Counted from the stretch's first letter, positions 13,310-27,014 are shown. The stretch is 64,000 bases of DNA from Scyliorhinus canicula (GCF_902713615.1 NC_052146.1:298476000-298539999); one strand, 5' to 3'. Numbers and translations: made by a program. The notes: a model not told the origin generated them from the sequence alone.

Positions 13310-14462
13310 CCACCCCTCCCCTGACAGTCAGTCTGCCTGCCCCCCCTCCTCCCCTGACAGTCAGTCTGCCTGCCCCCCCCCTCCTCCCCTGACAGTCAGT
13401 CTGCCTCCCGCCCCCCTCCTCCCCTGACAGCCAGTCTGCCTGCCCCCCCCTCCTCCCCTGACAGTCAGTCTGCCTGTCCCCCCCTCCTCCCCTGACAGTC
13501 AGTCTGCCCCCCCTCCTCCCCTGACAGTCAGTCTGCCTGCCCCCCCCTCCTCCCCTGACAGTCAGTCTGCCTGCCCCCCCCTCCCCTGACAGTCAGTCTG
13601 CCCCCCCTTCCTCCCCTGACAGTCAGTCTGCCTGCCCCCCCCGACAGTCAGTCTGCCCTGCCCCCCCTCCTCCCCTGTCAGTCTGCCTCCTCCCCCCCCT
13701 CCCCTGACAGTCAGTCTGCCTGCCCCCCCCTTCCCTGACAGTCAGTCTGCCTGCCCCCCCCTCCCCTGACAGTCAGTCTGCCTGCCCCCCCCTCCTCCCC
13801 TGACAGTCAGTCTGCCTGCCCCCCCCTTCCTCCCCTGACAGTCAGTCTGCCTGCCCCCCCTCCTTCCCTGACAGTCTGCCTGCCCCCCCCTCCTCCCCTG
13901 ACAGTCAGTCTGCCCCCCCCCCTGACAGTCAGTCTGCCTCCCCCCCCTCCCCTGACAGTCAGTCTGCCCCCCCCCTCCCCTGACAGTCAGTCTGCCTGCC
14001 CCCCCCCCTCCTCGCCTGACAGTCAGTCTGCCTCCCCCCCTGACAGTCAGTCTGCCTGCCCCCCTCCTCCCCTGTCAGTCTGTCTGCCCCCCCCTCCTCC
14101 CCTGACAGTCAGTCTGCATGCCCCCCCTCCTCCCCTGACAGTCAGTCTGCCTGCCCCCCCCTCCTCCCCTGACAGTCAGTCTGCCTGCCCACCCCTCCCC
14201 CTCCCCTGACAGTCTGCCTGCCCCCCCCCCGACAGTCTGCCTGCCCCCCCCCCGACAGTCAGTCTGCCTGCCCCCCCCTCCCCTGACAGTCAGTCTGCCT
14301 GCCCCCCCCCCCCCACTCCCCTGCCAGTCAGTCTGCCTGCCCCCCCCCCCCCCCCCTGACAGTCAGTCTGCCTGCCCCCCCCTCCCCTGACAGTCAGTCT
14401 GCCTGCCCCCCCCCCCCCCTCCTCCCCTGTCAGTCTGCCTTCCCCCCCCCCCCCCCCCCCCC
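13310..14462. repeat. C-rich ~30-35-bp minisatellite in DACT2 intron 3
   Basis: repeated CCCCTGACAGTCAGTCTGCCTG(C)nTCCT with variable C-run length. Confidence 0.95.
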
Positions 14463-14509
14463 CTTCTCTGGGCCATTTTGGCTGTTTGAGAAAGAGCTCT
14501 CCAGGATAC

Positions 14510-14812
14510 CTGTAGAAACTGGTCTCTGCCTAGGGACTGCGAGCCTGCCGATGTGAAAGGCGAGCACCGGCTCGGCTGTAGTTTTGATGCCTCTCCCGGG
14601 CCACTTGCCAGCCCCCCGCTGCTCAAAAGCTGCCGACTGCGCGATGATGTCGTCGGCAGACCGAGGGCGGTCCTCGGATCTGCCGGCCTTGGTGTCTGCC
14701 GGCTGGCAGCTGTACCGCAGGCTGCCCTGGGAGGAGGAGTTACATTCGCTGTACATGGACGTGCAGGAGTTGGACAAGGAACAGGAGCCCCCATCGCTGA
14801 GATCATAAAACC
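14510..14812 (-). CDS. DACT2: DACT2 coding exon 3
   Basis: TTTCAG| acceptor; (G)FYDLSDGGSCSLSNSCTSMYSEC...RPRSADD...RQRPVST-G; 303 nt; donor AG|GTATCC; phases fit exons 2 and 4. Confidence 0.95.
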
Positions 14813-14900
14813 CTGAAAATTAGAAACCAAATTACATTTAGACAACAAGCATTGTACAGCTTCAGGAAACACCACAAGAGAGCAAAATTATTCAAGGCCT

Positions 14901-15222
14901 GGGAGATCGGGTGGCACAGTGGTTAGCACTGTTGCTTGACAACGCTAGGGTCCCAGGTTCGAATCCCCGCTGGGTCTCTGTGCGGAGTCTGCACGTTCTC
15001 CCCATGTCTGCGTGGGTTTCCTCCGGGTGCTCCAGTTTCCTCCCACGGTCTAAAGACGTGCAGGTTAGGTGGATTGGCCATGCTAAATTGCCCTTAGTGT
15101 GCAAAAAGGTTAGGAGGGGTTATTGGGTTACGGGGCTAGGGTGGAAGTGAGGGCTTAATGTGGGTCGGTGCAGTCTCGATGGGCCGAATGGCCTCCTTCT
15201 GCACTGTATGTTCTATGTTCTA
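14901..15222 (+). mobile_element. HE1-like V-SINE
   Basis: same head, V domain and TTCTATG tail. Confidence 0.85.
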
Positions 15223-15430
15223 GATGCTGCAGACACTCAGCAGGTCAGGTGGCGTCTGTGGGGGAGGGGCCTGTTAATTAGAAAAAAACCCCCACAAAGA
15301 GTAGGAGTAGACCACACGGCCTATTGTTGCTGCTCTGCTATTCAATATGATCCTAGCTGAATTTGGGCTCCTTTTCCCACTCACTCCCCATATCCATTAA
15401 TTCCCTGAGAACACAAAAATCTGACCATCT

Positions 15431-15661
15431 GGGGCAGCAGGGTGGCACAGTGGTTAGCATTGCTGCCTATGGCGCTGAGGACCCGGGTTCGAATCCCGGC
15501 CCTGGGTCACTGTCCGTGTAGAGTTTGCACATTCTCCCCGTGTCTGCGTGGGTTTCACCCCCACAACCCAAAGATGTGCAGGATAGGTAGATTGGCCATT
15601 CTAAATTGCCCCTTAATTGGAAAAAATAATTGGGTACTCTAAATTTATTTTTATTTTTTTA
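15431..15661 (+). mobile_element. short poly(A/T)-tailed V-SINE
   Basis: TSD AAAATCTGACCATCT on both sides. Confidence 0.88.
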
Positions 15662-15714
15662 TAAAATCTGACCATCTTAGCGCCTTTAATATATTGAACG
15701 ATGGAGCTTCCATC

Positions 15715-16454
15715 CTTTGGCCATTTAAAATGGCCACCTGCAAAGGACTATGGGAATGGTGGTCAACTTGGGACACAGACAAGCACACGGCCTCTGTGTA
15801 TTGTGCAAAGAAACCAGACCTGGTAAGAAACTTCCAGTTCATTAACGATCGATCACCATTTTCCCCAAGACAATAGCATTTGCATTAAGGACCATCAACG
15901 ATAGCAGACTAACCAGCGCCATCACCCCTTTATTTGGAAAGGCCTACGTGCCTGGGACAATGATAGCTAGGACCCGCCCAGTCACCGAGGTATCTGCTCC
16001 CTAATTGGCTAAGATCGATGAGGGTGATCGAGAACCCTATCGATCCATTAGACCTGGAGTTAGGACCACCCAAAAAGTTGCGAAAGAGACGAAGGAAAAA
16101 AAGACTGCGCACTAGGGATCGGCCTGTGCGCGACCAACTGTAGCAGAACAACCAAGTTCAAGGGCACGGGACCATTCCTGAAGGACAAGCCCAGCTGAGA
16201 CGAACCCAACAACTTCCAACTGACCACGTGGACCCGGATAAAGGCCTCATCTCGCACAGTGCCGGTCACTCGAAGTTAAGTAAAGGTCATCTTTGTTATT
16301 AGCAGTTTAGTACGGAGCCATGTGTATTATTGCATAGAGATACAAGTCCTGTGTTATTAATAAACTGTGCTTTTGAGCTGACATACTGGTTGTGTGGTCA
16401 TTTGGTCAATATAAGATACAGCTTGTGGTTCACCAAAAGGGTAAAAAGGCAACA
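15715..16454 (+). mobile_element. probable solo LTR, left boundary unclear
   Basis: interrupts a minus-strand CR1 fragment; AATAAA 16359-16364; ends ...GCAACA; no TSD identified. Confidence 0.45.
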
Positions 16455-16772
16455 CCCCCTTACCCCGAGCCCATGACCCTGTGTTTGAGATTCCCCAGCC
16501 AGCGGGAAAAAAAAGTGTCCACCCTATCAAATCCCCTCAGAATGGTGTAGGTTTCAATGAGATCGCCCCTCATTCTTCCAAACTCCAGAGAATAAAAAGC
16601 CCAATTTACTCAACATCTCATCTTAGGAGAACCCCCTCGTCCCAGGGACCAATCTAGTGAACCTTCACTGCTCCGCCTCCAGTGGAAGTATATATTTTCT
16701 TAAATATAGAGAAATAAGAACAGTAGAGATGTACCAAGTGCAGTTGGCACATCAGATGATACAAAAGATTTG

Positions 16773-17385
16773 GGGCGCGATTCTCCGCCCCCCCCATGCC
16801 GGGTGGGGGAACAGCAGGAGGGCCTCCCGACATTTTTCACACCCTCCCGCTATTCTCCCCCCCCCCACGCCCGACCCACGCCATGAATCACCGCTCGCCA
16901 TTTTTTATGGCGAGCGGCAATTCTCCGAGGCCAATGGGCCGGGCCTTCACGCCCGTTTCAACACAGCAGCAAACACACCTGCTCGCTGCCGTCGTGAAAC
17001 GGGCACCAGATGCCCGTTTGGGTCATCTGGGGGCCTGATTGGCACGGCAGTACCACGGCCGTAACGGACGCACTCTTTTCCCTCCGCCGCCCGCAAGATC
17101 AAGCCGCCACGTTTTGCGGGGCGGCTGAGGGAAAAGATGCCAACTGCGCATGCGCGGGTTGGCGTTGTCCAACCTGCGCATGCGCGGCCGATGCCGCCGT
17201 GATGCTTGACGTGCGGCCTTGACGACCGTCGTCAAGGCCGCGCCGCCGTGACGCACGGGGCCGCGCTCCTAGCCCCGCCCGGGGTGGGAGAATCGGCCCC
17301 AGAAGTGGGCGTGAAGGCTGCCGTGGGTCATGGCCTGTCCCACGGCAGCCTTTACGATTCTCCGCATTTGCGGAGAATCTCGCCC
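16773..17385. mobile_element. non-autonomous Harbinger MITE in DACT2 intron 2
   Basis: TIRs GGGCGCGATTCTCCG / CGGAGAATCTCGCCC, 3-bp TSD TTG; subterminal motifs (CCCTCCCGCTATTCTCC, AAACACACCTGCT) shared with element 1. Confidence 0.9.
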
Positions 17386-18331
17386 TTGGTTTTGTTCTTT
17401 AACACTTGAGAATGTAAATAATGATAATCATCTTTATTGTCACAAGTAGGCTTATATTAAAACTGCAATGAAGTTACTGTGAAAAGCCCCTAGTCGCCAC
17501 ATTCCGGCGCCTGTTTGAGTACATTGAGGGAGAATTCAGAATGTCCAATTCACCTAGCATGCACGACCCCAGCCGACCCCATATTACGCTTCACAGCACT
17601 TATACCACGATTAGACAATTTTAATTGTTACTGCGCGAATTGGAAAGGGAGCCATAAGGGAGCCAAGTGAACATGGTGTGAATAGGACTCCTAATAGAGA
17701 CAGCCTAAACCATAGACCCCAAGCAGGCGGAATGTATGCCGAGGGTTAGGCGGAATGTATGCCTCCATGACAGGCTGAGGGAGAGCCACACTCCATTGCT
17801 TTAGGAAGGCTGCAGACAAGATCCAGACTGACCCCGAGGATAAGTGAACCGAGGGCCGGGGGTGGACTGGAGAAGCTGACAACCTGCAGCCTTGAAAGAC
17901 AAATGAAGTAAATAAATCCAGAATATTCTGATAGTGATGGGAATAGGTCTCCAGGAATTGGAAAATCAATCTCCAGGACATTGCTGGGTGCAACCCTGGA
18001 GAAACAAAATCATCGGGACTTTAGTTTTTACTTTGAACATTTCTCTTTACCATAGAACATAGAACAGTACAGAACAGGCCCTTCGGCCCTCAATGTTGTG
18101 CCGAGCCATGATCACCCTACTCAAACCCACGTATCCACCCTATACCCGTAACCCAACAACCCCCCTCCCCTTAACCTTACTTTTAGGACACTACGGGCAA
18201 TTTAGCATGGCCAATCCACCTAACCCGCACATCTTTGGACCAGATGCTAAAATGTTGAGGGGGGGGGGGCGGCAAGTGGTGATGAAACCTCCAGGAATCC
18301 ATTTCACCACAGTTCAGAGAATTTGGCAACA

Positions 18332-18416
18332 CTGTGAAACCGCTCTAAAGCCCATCTACACTATTCCAGAGGATGATACGGCAATAGTGTAGATTGGCTT
18401 TAGAGCGGTTTCACAG
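18332..18416. repeat. 34-bp inverted repeat (1 mismatch, 17-nt spacer)
   Basis: CTGTGAAACCGCTCTAAAGCCCATCTACACTATT / AATAGTGTAGATTGGCTTTAGAGCGGTTTCACAG; the right arm continues into a CR1-type 3' tail. Confidence 0.9.
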
Positions 18417-19278
18417 GTCGGCGCAACATCGAGGGCCGAAGGGCCTGTACTGCGCTGCAATGTTCTATCTACAAGCTACAACTTCATGACTGGTTAGGCC
18501 TCATCTGCAGTGCCGCGGACAACGCACCTCAGGAAAGATGTAACGGCTACGCTGGAGGTTCACCAGGAATGGGGGACTTCCGTTATGAAGTGGGTTCAGA
18601 AAGGTAAGGGCTGTTCTCCTTGGAACACCTTTCCTAGAGCAACTAGGGATAGGCATTAAGTGCCAGCCTAGCCGGCGATGCCCACATCCCAAGAATCAAT
18701 ATTCAAAAAAGTCCATTAACAACCCACAATGTTGTTCAGGAGAGAGTTCCAAGTGAAGATTGCAAGTTTGGATGGTGTTGTCGAAGGCGTCTTGGGCGAG
18801 TTGCTGCAGTGCATCCTGTAGATGGTACACACGGCTGCTATTGTGGTGGAGGGGCAGCAATCAAGCGGGCTGCTTTGTCCTGGATGGTGTCGAGCTTCTC
18901 GAGTGTTGTTGGCACTGCACTCACCCCAGGCAAGTGGGCAGTGGTTCCATCACACTCCTGAGGTGCGCCTTGTAGGCAGTGGACCGGCTTTGGGAAGTCA
19001 GGAGGGGAGTTAGTACAGAATTCCCAGCCTCTGACCTGCTCCGATAGATACAGCATTTATTTGGCTAGCCAAAGTTAAATCCTAGGATGTTGATGGTGTG
19101 GGATTCGGTGCTGCTAATGCAAATTGATAACAGGCTTAAGGACAAACAAAAATAGGAATGTAGACAATTACCTCGCTTTCTAAAAGAGCCAGCACAAGAT
19201 GGTCGATGAATGGTTGAAGTTTAGGAATAAGTCGTGTGGTCAAACCTCCAGGAATACATTTAAATCACAATTGGCAAC

Positions 19279-19555
19279 TGTGGTAGCATGGACCCTTTAA
19301 GGGGACAATCCTTTGCGGGTCAAGTGACCCGCCCAGAGCCTATGGGGATGGAGAGCACAAGTCTCAGCCTATCGGGTGGCTAGGCGCAGCCCCGGCCCCT
19401 GGAGTATCGTCAGGAGACGAGGGGAGTCGCAGGATCTAGGCCAGTGTTGGGAGTTGTACTGATCTGTGTCTAAAGTTCTTCTTTGTCAAATAAATCACCG
19501 TACTGGTTAAACACCACTGTGACGTAACACTGCCTCTTCGCTTTGCACTATAACA
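19279..19555 (+). mobile_element. solo LTR (277 bp)
   Basis: TGTGGTAG...CTATAACA termini, perfect 5-bp TSD GCAAC, internal AATAAA near 19489. Confidence 0.85.
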
Positions 19556-21701
19556 GCAACACTACATGCTGGAACTTTAGAAATCTCTTTATAAAGAAAG
19601 CAGTACAGGCACATGAAATGAAAATGAAATAAATGAAAATCGCTTATTGTCACGAGTAGGCTTCAATGAAGTTACTGTGAAAAGCCCCTAGTCGCCACAT
19701 TCCGGCGCCTGTCCGGGGAGGCTGGTACGGGAATCGAACCATGCTGCTGGCCTGCATGGTCTGCTTTAAAAGCCAGCGATTTAGCTCAGTGAGCTAAACT
19801 AGCCCCTCACCACGTCAAATAGCCTTCTTTAGCCTTCTAGCTTTACATTTTTGAAGATTCCCCTAAGAGTTAGCCAAGACAGTAGTACATATGTCAATAC
19901 GTTAGGCTTAACAACAAAAAGGAGGGTGGTTTGGCTATTCTGCTTCTTGAGCCGGTCTGTCAGAATCTACGTGCCTGGAGGGTGGGAGTAGTAGGATTAC
20001 CCATGTGTCGGAGGCTCTCTTCCTTGAGGTGGAAGGTGCTTAACGGTATTAAGCATCAGCGGAAATCTTAAAATAGAAACAGCTCTCTGGCTGTATCAGT
20101 GTTATTGTTAATGTGGCGGAGCCGACACTGGGAGTTCACAGGCAGACAGATAGACCCAAACACACATCCGTGTGGACTGATCCAAACTGGAACCTACAGA
20201 TCAGACTGGGAGATGCTATTGTATGAGCACAGTGGGACAAGAAACCCGATACTGGTGCGTTAAGCACGGGTGCGATTAGTTAGCGCTGTGCAGTTGCCAG
20301 GCGCACACCCTTGCTGACGCGTTAGTTATCCAACAGAGACAGCCTGGTCTTGGAAAAGCTCCGATTCACGCGGGAAGGTGTCGGGTGTGTAGAGGATAAA
20401 CAGCACTGTCACTGAAGCAGGATCTGATAGCAATAAAGCGCAGAGTTGGAAACCTGGCCTAATCTCCAAGTCCATACAGCGAGGAGATTACATTCGACTA
20501 ACAGCACATGAACAAGCTATTCAGCCCAACTAATCTACCCTGCTAACTATTGACTCAAACCCAAACCTCCTCGGCCACAATAGCCATTTGTTTATTCCCC
20601 CCCCCCCCCCTCAATGGACAAGTCTACTCCCCTTTACCCGTGTTTTAAATGTTTTCTTTCTGGGATGAATCACCCTTCATGAATGGGATTGTGCGGCTTG
20701 CTCGGCCATTTCAGAGAACAAATAAGAGTCAATCTGCATTGCCTGGGGGGAGGTGGAGGTCAGACCGGACGCGAACGGCAGATTTCCCGCTCTAAAAAAA
20801 GGACATGAGTGAGCCAGATGGGATTTTGCAACAATGGATGATAGTCAGCTTGCTTTATAATTCCAGTTTCATCAATCACATTCCACCAGTTACCATGGTG
20901 GGATTTGAACCCGTGACCCCAGGTCCCTGGGCCTCTGGATTACTAGTCTAGTGACATTGTCACAACAACACAATCGAGGGACGGCATGTGGCGCAGTGGA
21001 TAGCACTGGGACTGGCGCTGAGGACCCGGGTTCGATCCCGGCCCTGGGTCACTGTCCGTGTGGAATTTGCACATTCTCCCCGTGTCTGCGTGGGTTTCGC
21101 CCCCACAACCCAAAGATGTGCAGGGTAGGTGGATTGGCCACGCTAAATTGCCCCTTATTTGGGAAAAAAATAATAATTGGGTACTCTAAATTTAGTTAGT
21201 TATTAACTTACAGCTGACTCCAAATGAAAAAAAACTATGCTGCTGTATCCGACCTGTGATAGCACATTAAAAACCTCATGAGACTGTTAGCATTCTAAAG
21301 TAGCATCTCCCAGGTGTATTCAGTACTGAATAAAACAGGCATTTTGTTGCTATTGTCCTTCACAGCGACTTATATGCGCGAGATTTGATTTTCCGATCTC
21401 ACAAAAGATGAAGACGGCACAAAGGAACTGGCTGAATTCTGCACCCGATATGCGCATTGTCCTCTCCTCCTGATTGCAGTGAAATAGTGAGGACCAGGCA
21501 GGCTACCCTGTCACATTAAAGGTAAGCGAACATGGTGTGTTTCGCGAAGGTCGACCGGTGTGGGTCGCGAAGACCGGCTGGAAAAAGCGGGCCCCGGGAA
21601 AGAAAGTTTGAAAAACTCCATCAAAAGGCAGAAGCGCAAATCCCGCAACCCGCAGGCACATCAGATTCCGTAGCCCAAAGCTACTGCCCAGCAGACATTA
21701 C

Positions 21702-21834
21702 CCGAGCTTGGCCTGCTGTCACTCTCCTGTTGCTCGGTAGAAGCCTTGTTCACATCAAGCTTCAGCTCACTAATTTGTCGGTCCAAATGCTGCAGATGAA
21801 TTTTCAGCCCCGCATCCTGTTTCCTCAGATGTGA
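21702..21834 (-). CDS. DACT2: DACT2 coding exon 2 (not in ORF track)
   Basis: TTCCAG| acceptor; [45 protein letters not shown]; 133 nt; donor G|GTAATG; DSRPSSG is the conserved Dapper motif. Confidence 0.95.
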
Positions 21835-24800
21835 CTGGAAACCAAAAGAAGAAACTTACACAAACGCACACACAGACTAGAAAAAAAAACAATTTTAGCA
21901 TTCAGTTGAAGGGGCCCTCAGCATCAAAGGTGTACATTGTCTACATAACTCGCAATCAAACAGCTTTGTTTAAATTTAGTAAACCCAATTTTGTTTTCAA
22001 TTCAGGAGCAATTTAGGGCAGCACGGTGGCGCAGTGGTTAGCACTGCTGCCTCACGGCGCCGAGGGCCCAGGTTCGATCCCGGCTCTGGGTCACTGTCCG
22101 TGTGGAGTTTGCACATTCTCCCCATGTTTGCGTGGGTTTCGCCCCCACAACCCAAAGATGTGCAGGCTAGGTGGATTGGCCACGCTAAATTGCCCCTTAA
22201 TTGGAAAAAATTAATTGGGTCCTCTAAATTTATTTTATTTTATTTTATTTTATTTTTTAAAGGCAACAAGGGCGGCAGCTCAGCCTATCTCATCAGTTTG
22301 TGATGGTCCCACCATCTCTGCCGCCCACTTCTTTAACAACTCCACAATAATTCTGCCTCAAAAACATCTCTCACCAAAACTGCATCAGTGGAGCCCACTC
22401 CCTCCATTCTCACTGTAAAAACTATGGGATTCTGGGAATACAATACAGCAAGAAAGAGAGAGCGAGCAAGTGAACAACCCATAAAAAAGTCACGATACAT
22501 ATATTATCTCTTTAAACAGTAAACTCTGGAATACGTGGCTAAATACTTGTGCAATAATTCCCCGTAATTTCTTTATAAATAATAAGAGAATGACTTGCAT
22601 TTATATACCACCTTTACGGAGCCTCCAAAGTTCTTCACAGCCTTGGAAGCTGTTGTAATGTTGGAAACACAGCAGCTAATCTGCGGACAGTAAACTCCCA
22701 CAACAACACCACCTGCATTCACACACAACCATTCTAGAATAGATTTAGAGTACCCAATTCATTTTTTCCAATTAAGGGGCAATTTAGCGTGCCCAATCCA
22801 CCTAGCCTGCACATTTCTGGGTTGTGGGGGCGAAACCCACGCAGACAGGGGGAGAATGTGCAAAGTCCACATGGACAGTGACCCAGAGCCGGGATCGAAC
22901 CTGGGACCTCAGCGCCGTGAGGCAGCAGGGCTAACCCACTGTGCCACCGTGCCGCCCCAAACTCATCTGTTCTTCAGCAATGTTGTTTGCAAAATAAATA
23001 TTGGTCAGGACATATGGGAGAACTCCACTGCTCTACTTTAAGTAGCCTAACTATAAGAGTAGTCAGTTTTAAAACCTCGGCTGAAAGGTGGCATCAATAG
23101 TTTGCGCTTGTGTCTCAGGAGCGGACCTCAAACCCACAATCCGCTGACACGAGAGGACAAGAGTTCTATCCGCTGGGCCATTGCCGACAACCTTGCACAT
23201 CAGGGGAAGACGATGGTGTAGCGATTAAGTCAACCGATTAGCAATCCAGAGACCTACACTGACCTGGGGGCATGGGTTCAAATCCCACCACGGCAGCTGA
23301 TGGGAGCTTGAAATATGAAGCCAGAATAAAAAAGTAGTCTCAGTAATGGTGACCATAGGGGCGGCATGTGGCGCAGTGGTTAGCACTGTGACTGCGGCGC
23401 TGAGGATCCAGATTCGAATCCCAGCCCTGGGTCACTGACCGCTTGGAGTTTGCACATTCTCCCCGTGTCTGCGTGGGTTTCACCCCCACAACACAAAGAT
23501 GTGAAGGGTAGGTGGATTGGCCACGCTAAATTGGCCCTTAATTGAAAACAAAAAGAATTGGGTACTCTAAATTTAAAAAGTAACAGTGACCATGAATTCC
23601 AACATTGTCAAAAACCCAACTGGTTCACTAATGTCCTTTAGGCCAGAAGGAAATCTTCTGTCCTTGCCCAACAATGGACTCCAGACCCATAGTGACGTGA
23701 ACGACTCTTAACTGCCCTCTGAACCTGCCAGTCAAGCCACTAAGGTTCAAGGGTAATTAGGGACGGGCAGCACAGAAGACCAGTAATAGGAATCCCGTCC
23801 CATGAAAGAACAATAAAAGACATTCCAGCTGGGGTGGTCACAGATCTTTCCTGATCCGCATTGACAAACATGTTTACCAGCCAAGTATTCAAGAGTTTAT
23901 TGTTTAACCAGATAATATATGTATCTTTGCTGAAATGAGAAGAAGGAGAATAGATAAAGTTACGAGAGCCTGAAGTGATTTATATTTGATGCGTCTGTTT
24001 ACAGTTTTGCAATGACCCGCATCTACATCAAGAACTGACTAATGCGGAGCCAAATCATCTTGGAAGTCTAGACTTTCTTCATTAATGCCAGCAGGTCACA
24101 AAAAGCTGTCCTGAAGATATACGGCGGTCATTGATAATTCAGGACCTCGTAAAGATCTCATTTCGGTCATTTCAAGAAAAACAAAGACATTAATCGTGAT
24201 TGTGCGATGCAAGTATTCGGTTTCCTATAATTGTAGCTTTCAAAAAAAGAGGGCGAGCATCCGTGTACAGCAGTTACAAAACTGACGAGGAAGATGAAAG
24301 CAAAATACAATGCAATTCGCCTCCATGACCCATGACCCTGTTGCCCTCCAGATATTGCCAGGCACAAGGCATCATTTTGCACAAGAGACCATTTGGCCCA
24401 CTATTCCTGCTGGCTCTTCGAAAGAGCTTTCCAATCGGTCTCACTTTCCACCTCTTTCCCTGGAAATTTGCTGTTGTCAAGTATATATGCAATTCCTTTG
24501 AAAAGTTACGACTGCCAACTACTGCCCTCCCTGGCACCATATTCCACTTCACAACACACTGCACATCCATCTATTCAAAAGAAATCTTATCATTCCCTTT
24601 TTTTTGCGTCAACTCCTTAAAAATCGGTATCCTCTGGTTACCAACCCTGCTGCCAATGGAAACAGTTTTTCCCTAACTACTCTAATTCGGAAAATCTTTC
24701 ATGAAGTCTCCTGTTAACTGCCTCTGCTCTCGGGAGCATAATTCCAGTGTCTTGCGTCACTGATGTCACACCTCACTCCGGTGCGGTGCTCCCCGTTTAC

Positions 24801-25631
24801 TCAGTTGGGTTGCAGCTGTGCCCACACTATCCCCAAACCTCCAGACTCGGCCCCCAGGTGCTTTGAAGGCACCCGGCTTCTGCCCCCCTGTCAGTTAGGG
24901 GGTGGGTTACAAAGTCCAACTTTCGTCCTTAAAAGGCTGGGGGGGGGGGGGGGGGGGGAAGCCCCGAGGAACTGTCACTCCTGACTGCTACTTGGTGATC
25001 CTTCCCTCCCACGCCCCCCCCCCCCAGCCCCCGCTAACCAGTGCCTCAGCATCAGGCGAGAACAAGAGTGATCATCAGTAGTGATGCCTTCCACAGTCGA
25101 GCAGCTCAGTCACGCCTGATGCACAGATACTGCACTAATGGCCACTTGGGAAGAGGAAGTCCACAGGATGGTGCACATTGTAAGGGGATGTCAGGCAAGA
25201 ATGTGGAGGTGAGGTTACAATCAGGTCAGCCATGATCTTATTGAATGGCGGAGCAGGCTCGAGGGGCGAGGGGCCTACTCCTGCTCCTAATTCATATGAG
25301 CGCATTAGATAAAATTGATGGAGAAACATTGGCACAGGATGTCAAAGGTCAATGCCAGCCTGTGTCATAACTCAAAACACCCCTATGAATAATGACCCTC
25401 CTTCCAAGGATTTGGTGCAAATCGTAGTCCTCTATTGCTGTGAAAGATTCTGTGGCGCCTTTGCAAAGAAGGGGAGCAGGGGGGTGTTTCCCGTTGTATC
25501 CTGGCCAATAGGCAGCCAGCGTCATTGAAAGATTATCTGATCGCATTTTCACGGTTCCTCGTGGGAGATTGCAGTGCACAATTCGGCTGCAAAGTGATTC
25601 AGGACATCATGAGAATTTGAAAGGTGCCATA

Positions 25632-25980
25632 GACATGGAATTTACAGTGCAGAAGGAGGCCATTCGGCCCATCGAGTCTGCACCGGCTCTTGGAAAGAGC
25701 ACCCTACCCAAGGTCCACACCTCCACCCTATCTCCATAACCCAGTAACCCCCACCCAACACTAAGGGCAATTTTGGACACTATGGGCAATTTAGCATGGC
25801 CAATCCACCTAACCTGTACATATTGGGACTGTGGGAGGAAACCGGAGCACCCGGAGGAAACCCACGCAGGCACGGGGAGGATGTGCAGACTCCGCACAGA
25901 CACTAACCCAAGCTGGAATCGAACCTGGGACCCTGGAGCTCTGAAGCAATTGTGCTATCCACCATGCTACCGTGCCGCCC
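25632..25980 (-). mobile_element. HE1-like V-SINE (others ~10010-10277, 34015-34345, 36617-36972, 38057-38380, 53890-54170)
   Basis: reverse complement of the head, V domain and CR1-type tail. Confidence 0.85.
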
Positions 25981-27014
25981 ATATAAATGCCATATTTTGT
26001 TTTGTTTTTTAAAACCACCTCCTCTCGTGGAGAGTGGCTACCAGAGAAAGAATGGCAGGGGGCTAAGCTAGCTCAGCAGACACCCCGAATATCAACACTT
26101 CAAAGGTTTTTCATTTATACGGCACATTTCACAATCTCTGGACACCTCAAAGCATTTTACAGCCAACAAAATGTCTTTAAGCACCGCCAATGTTGTAACA
26201 CGGCAGCCAACATGCACAGCATTCTCCCACAAAAAGCAGCGGTGATAACAATCGGATAATCTGTTTTTGTGATGTTGATCAAGGGATAAATGTTGACCAG
26301 GACACCGGGGAGAACTCTTCTTTGAAATAGCGCACCGGGATCTCTGCAACCCACCCAAGGGAGGGGACGGGGCCTTGGTGAATGTTTCAAATGAAGGATC
26401 ATAGCTCCTGACAGCGCAGCACTTTCCCAGCACTGCACCAGAGTGGCAGGCTTGATTATTGTGCTCAAAAATACTGGAATGGGGCTTGAACCCAGAACCT
26501 CGTGACTTAGAGGTTAGCGCTGCCCCCTTGACCCCATTTAACTAACCCGATTGATTCAGTCTGGGAAGGTACCGGAGGCAGAGTGGTCCATATACCGGGC
26601 CCAAAACAGCAGGAAAAGTGGACAGAATGCAGCCAGAAAGTGCTGTGAAATAGCAACAAAGGGGAAATGATCCTTGTAAGAAGTAAGTCACGTCAATCTA
26701 TGAATGAATAGTTGTCTTCACAACCCGCAAACACAATTATCAACCTGTAGCTTTTTGAAATCAGACATACTCGACAAGGAGGAGGTTTGTCTTAAAGTCA
26801 ATGGTTCCCTGTCTGCCTTTAATTAACAGGTATAGCTGCTATTTACATGTTCACTCCCCTCTTCCTCAATGGCCCATTCTTCTCCAAGAGGATTTCTCCC
26901 TTTGTTTGATTTCCTAAGCATCTTTATCTTATCTTTTTTGTGAGTCTAACGCAAACCTAGCCTTCGGTGAACAGTTATTTCCCCAGATGCTTCTCAACTC
27001 TTCCCAGTGTATTT

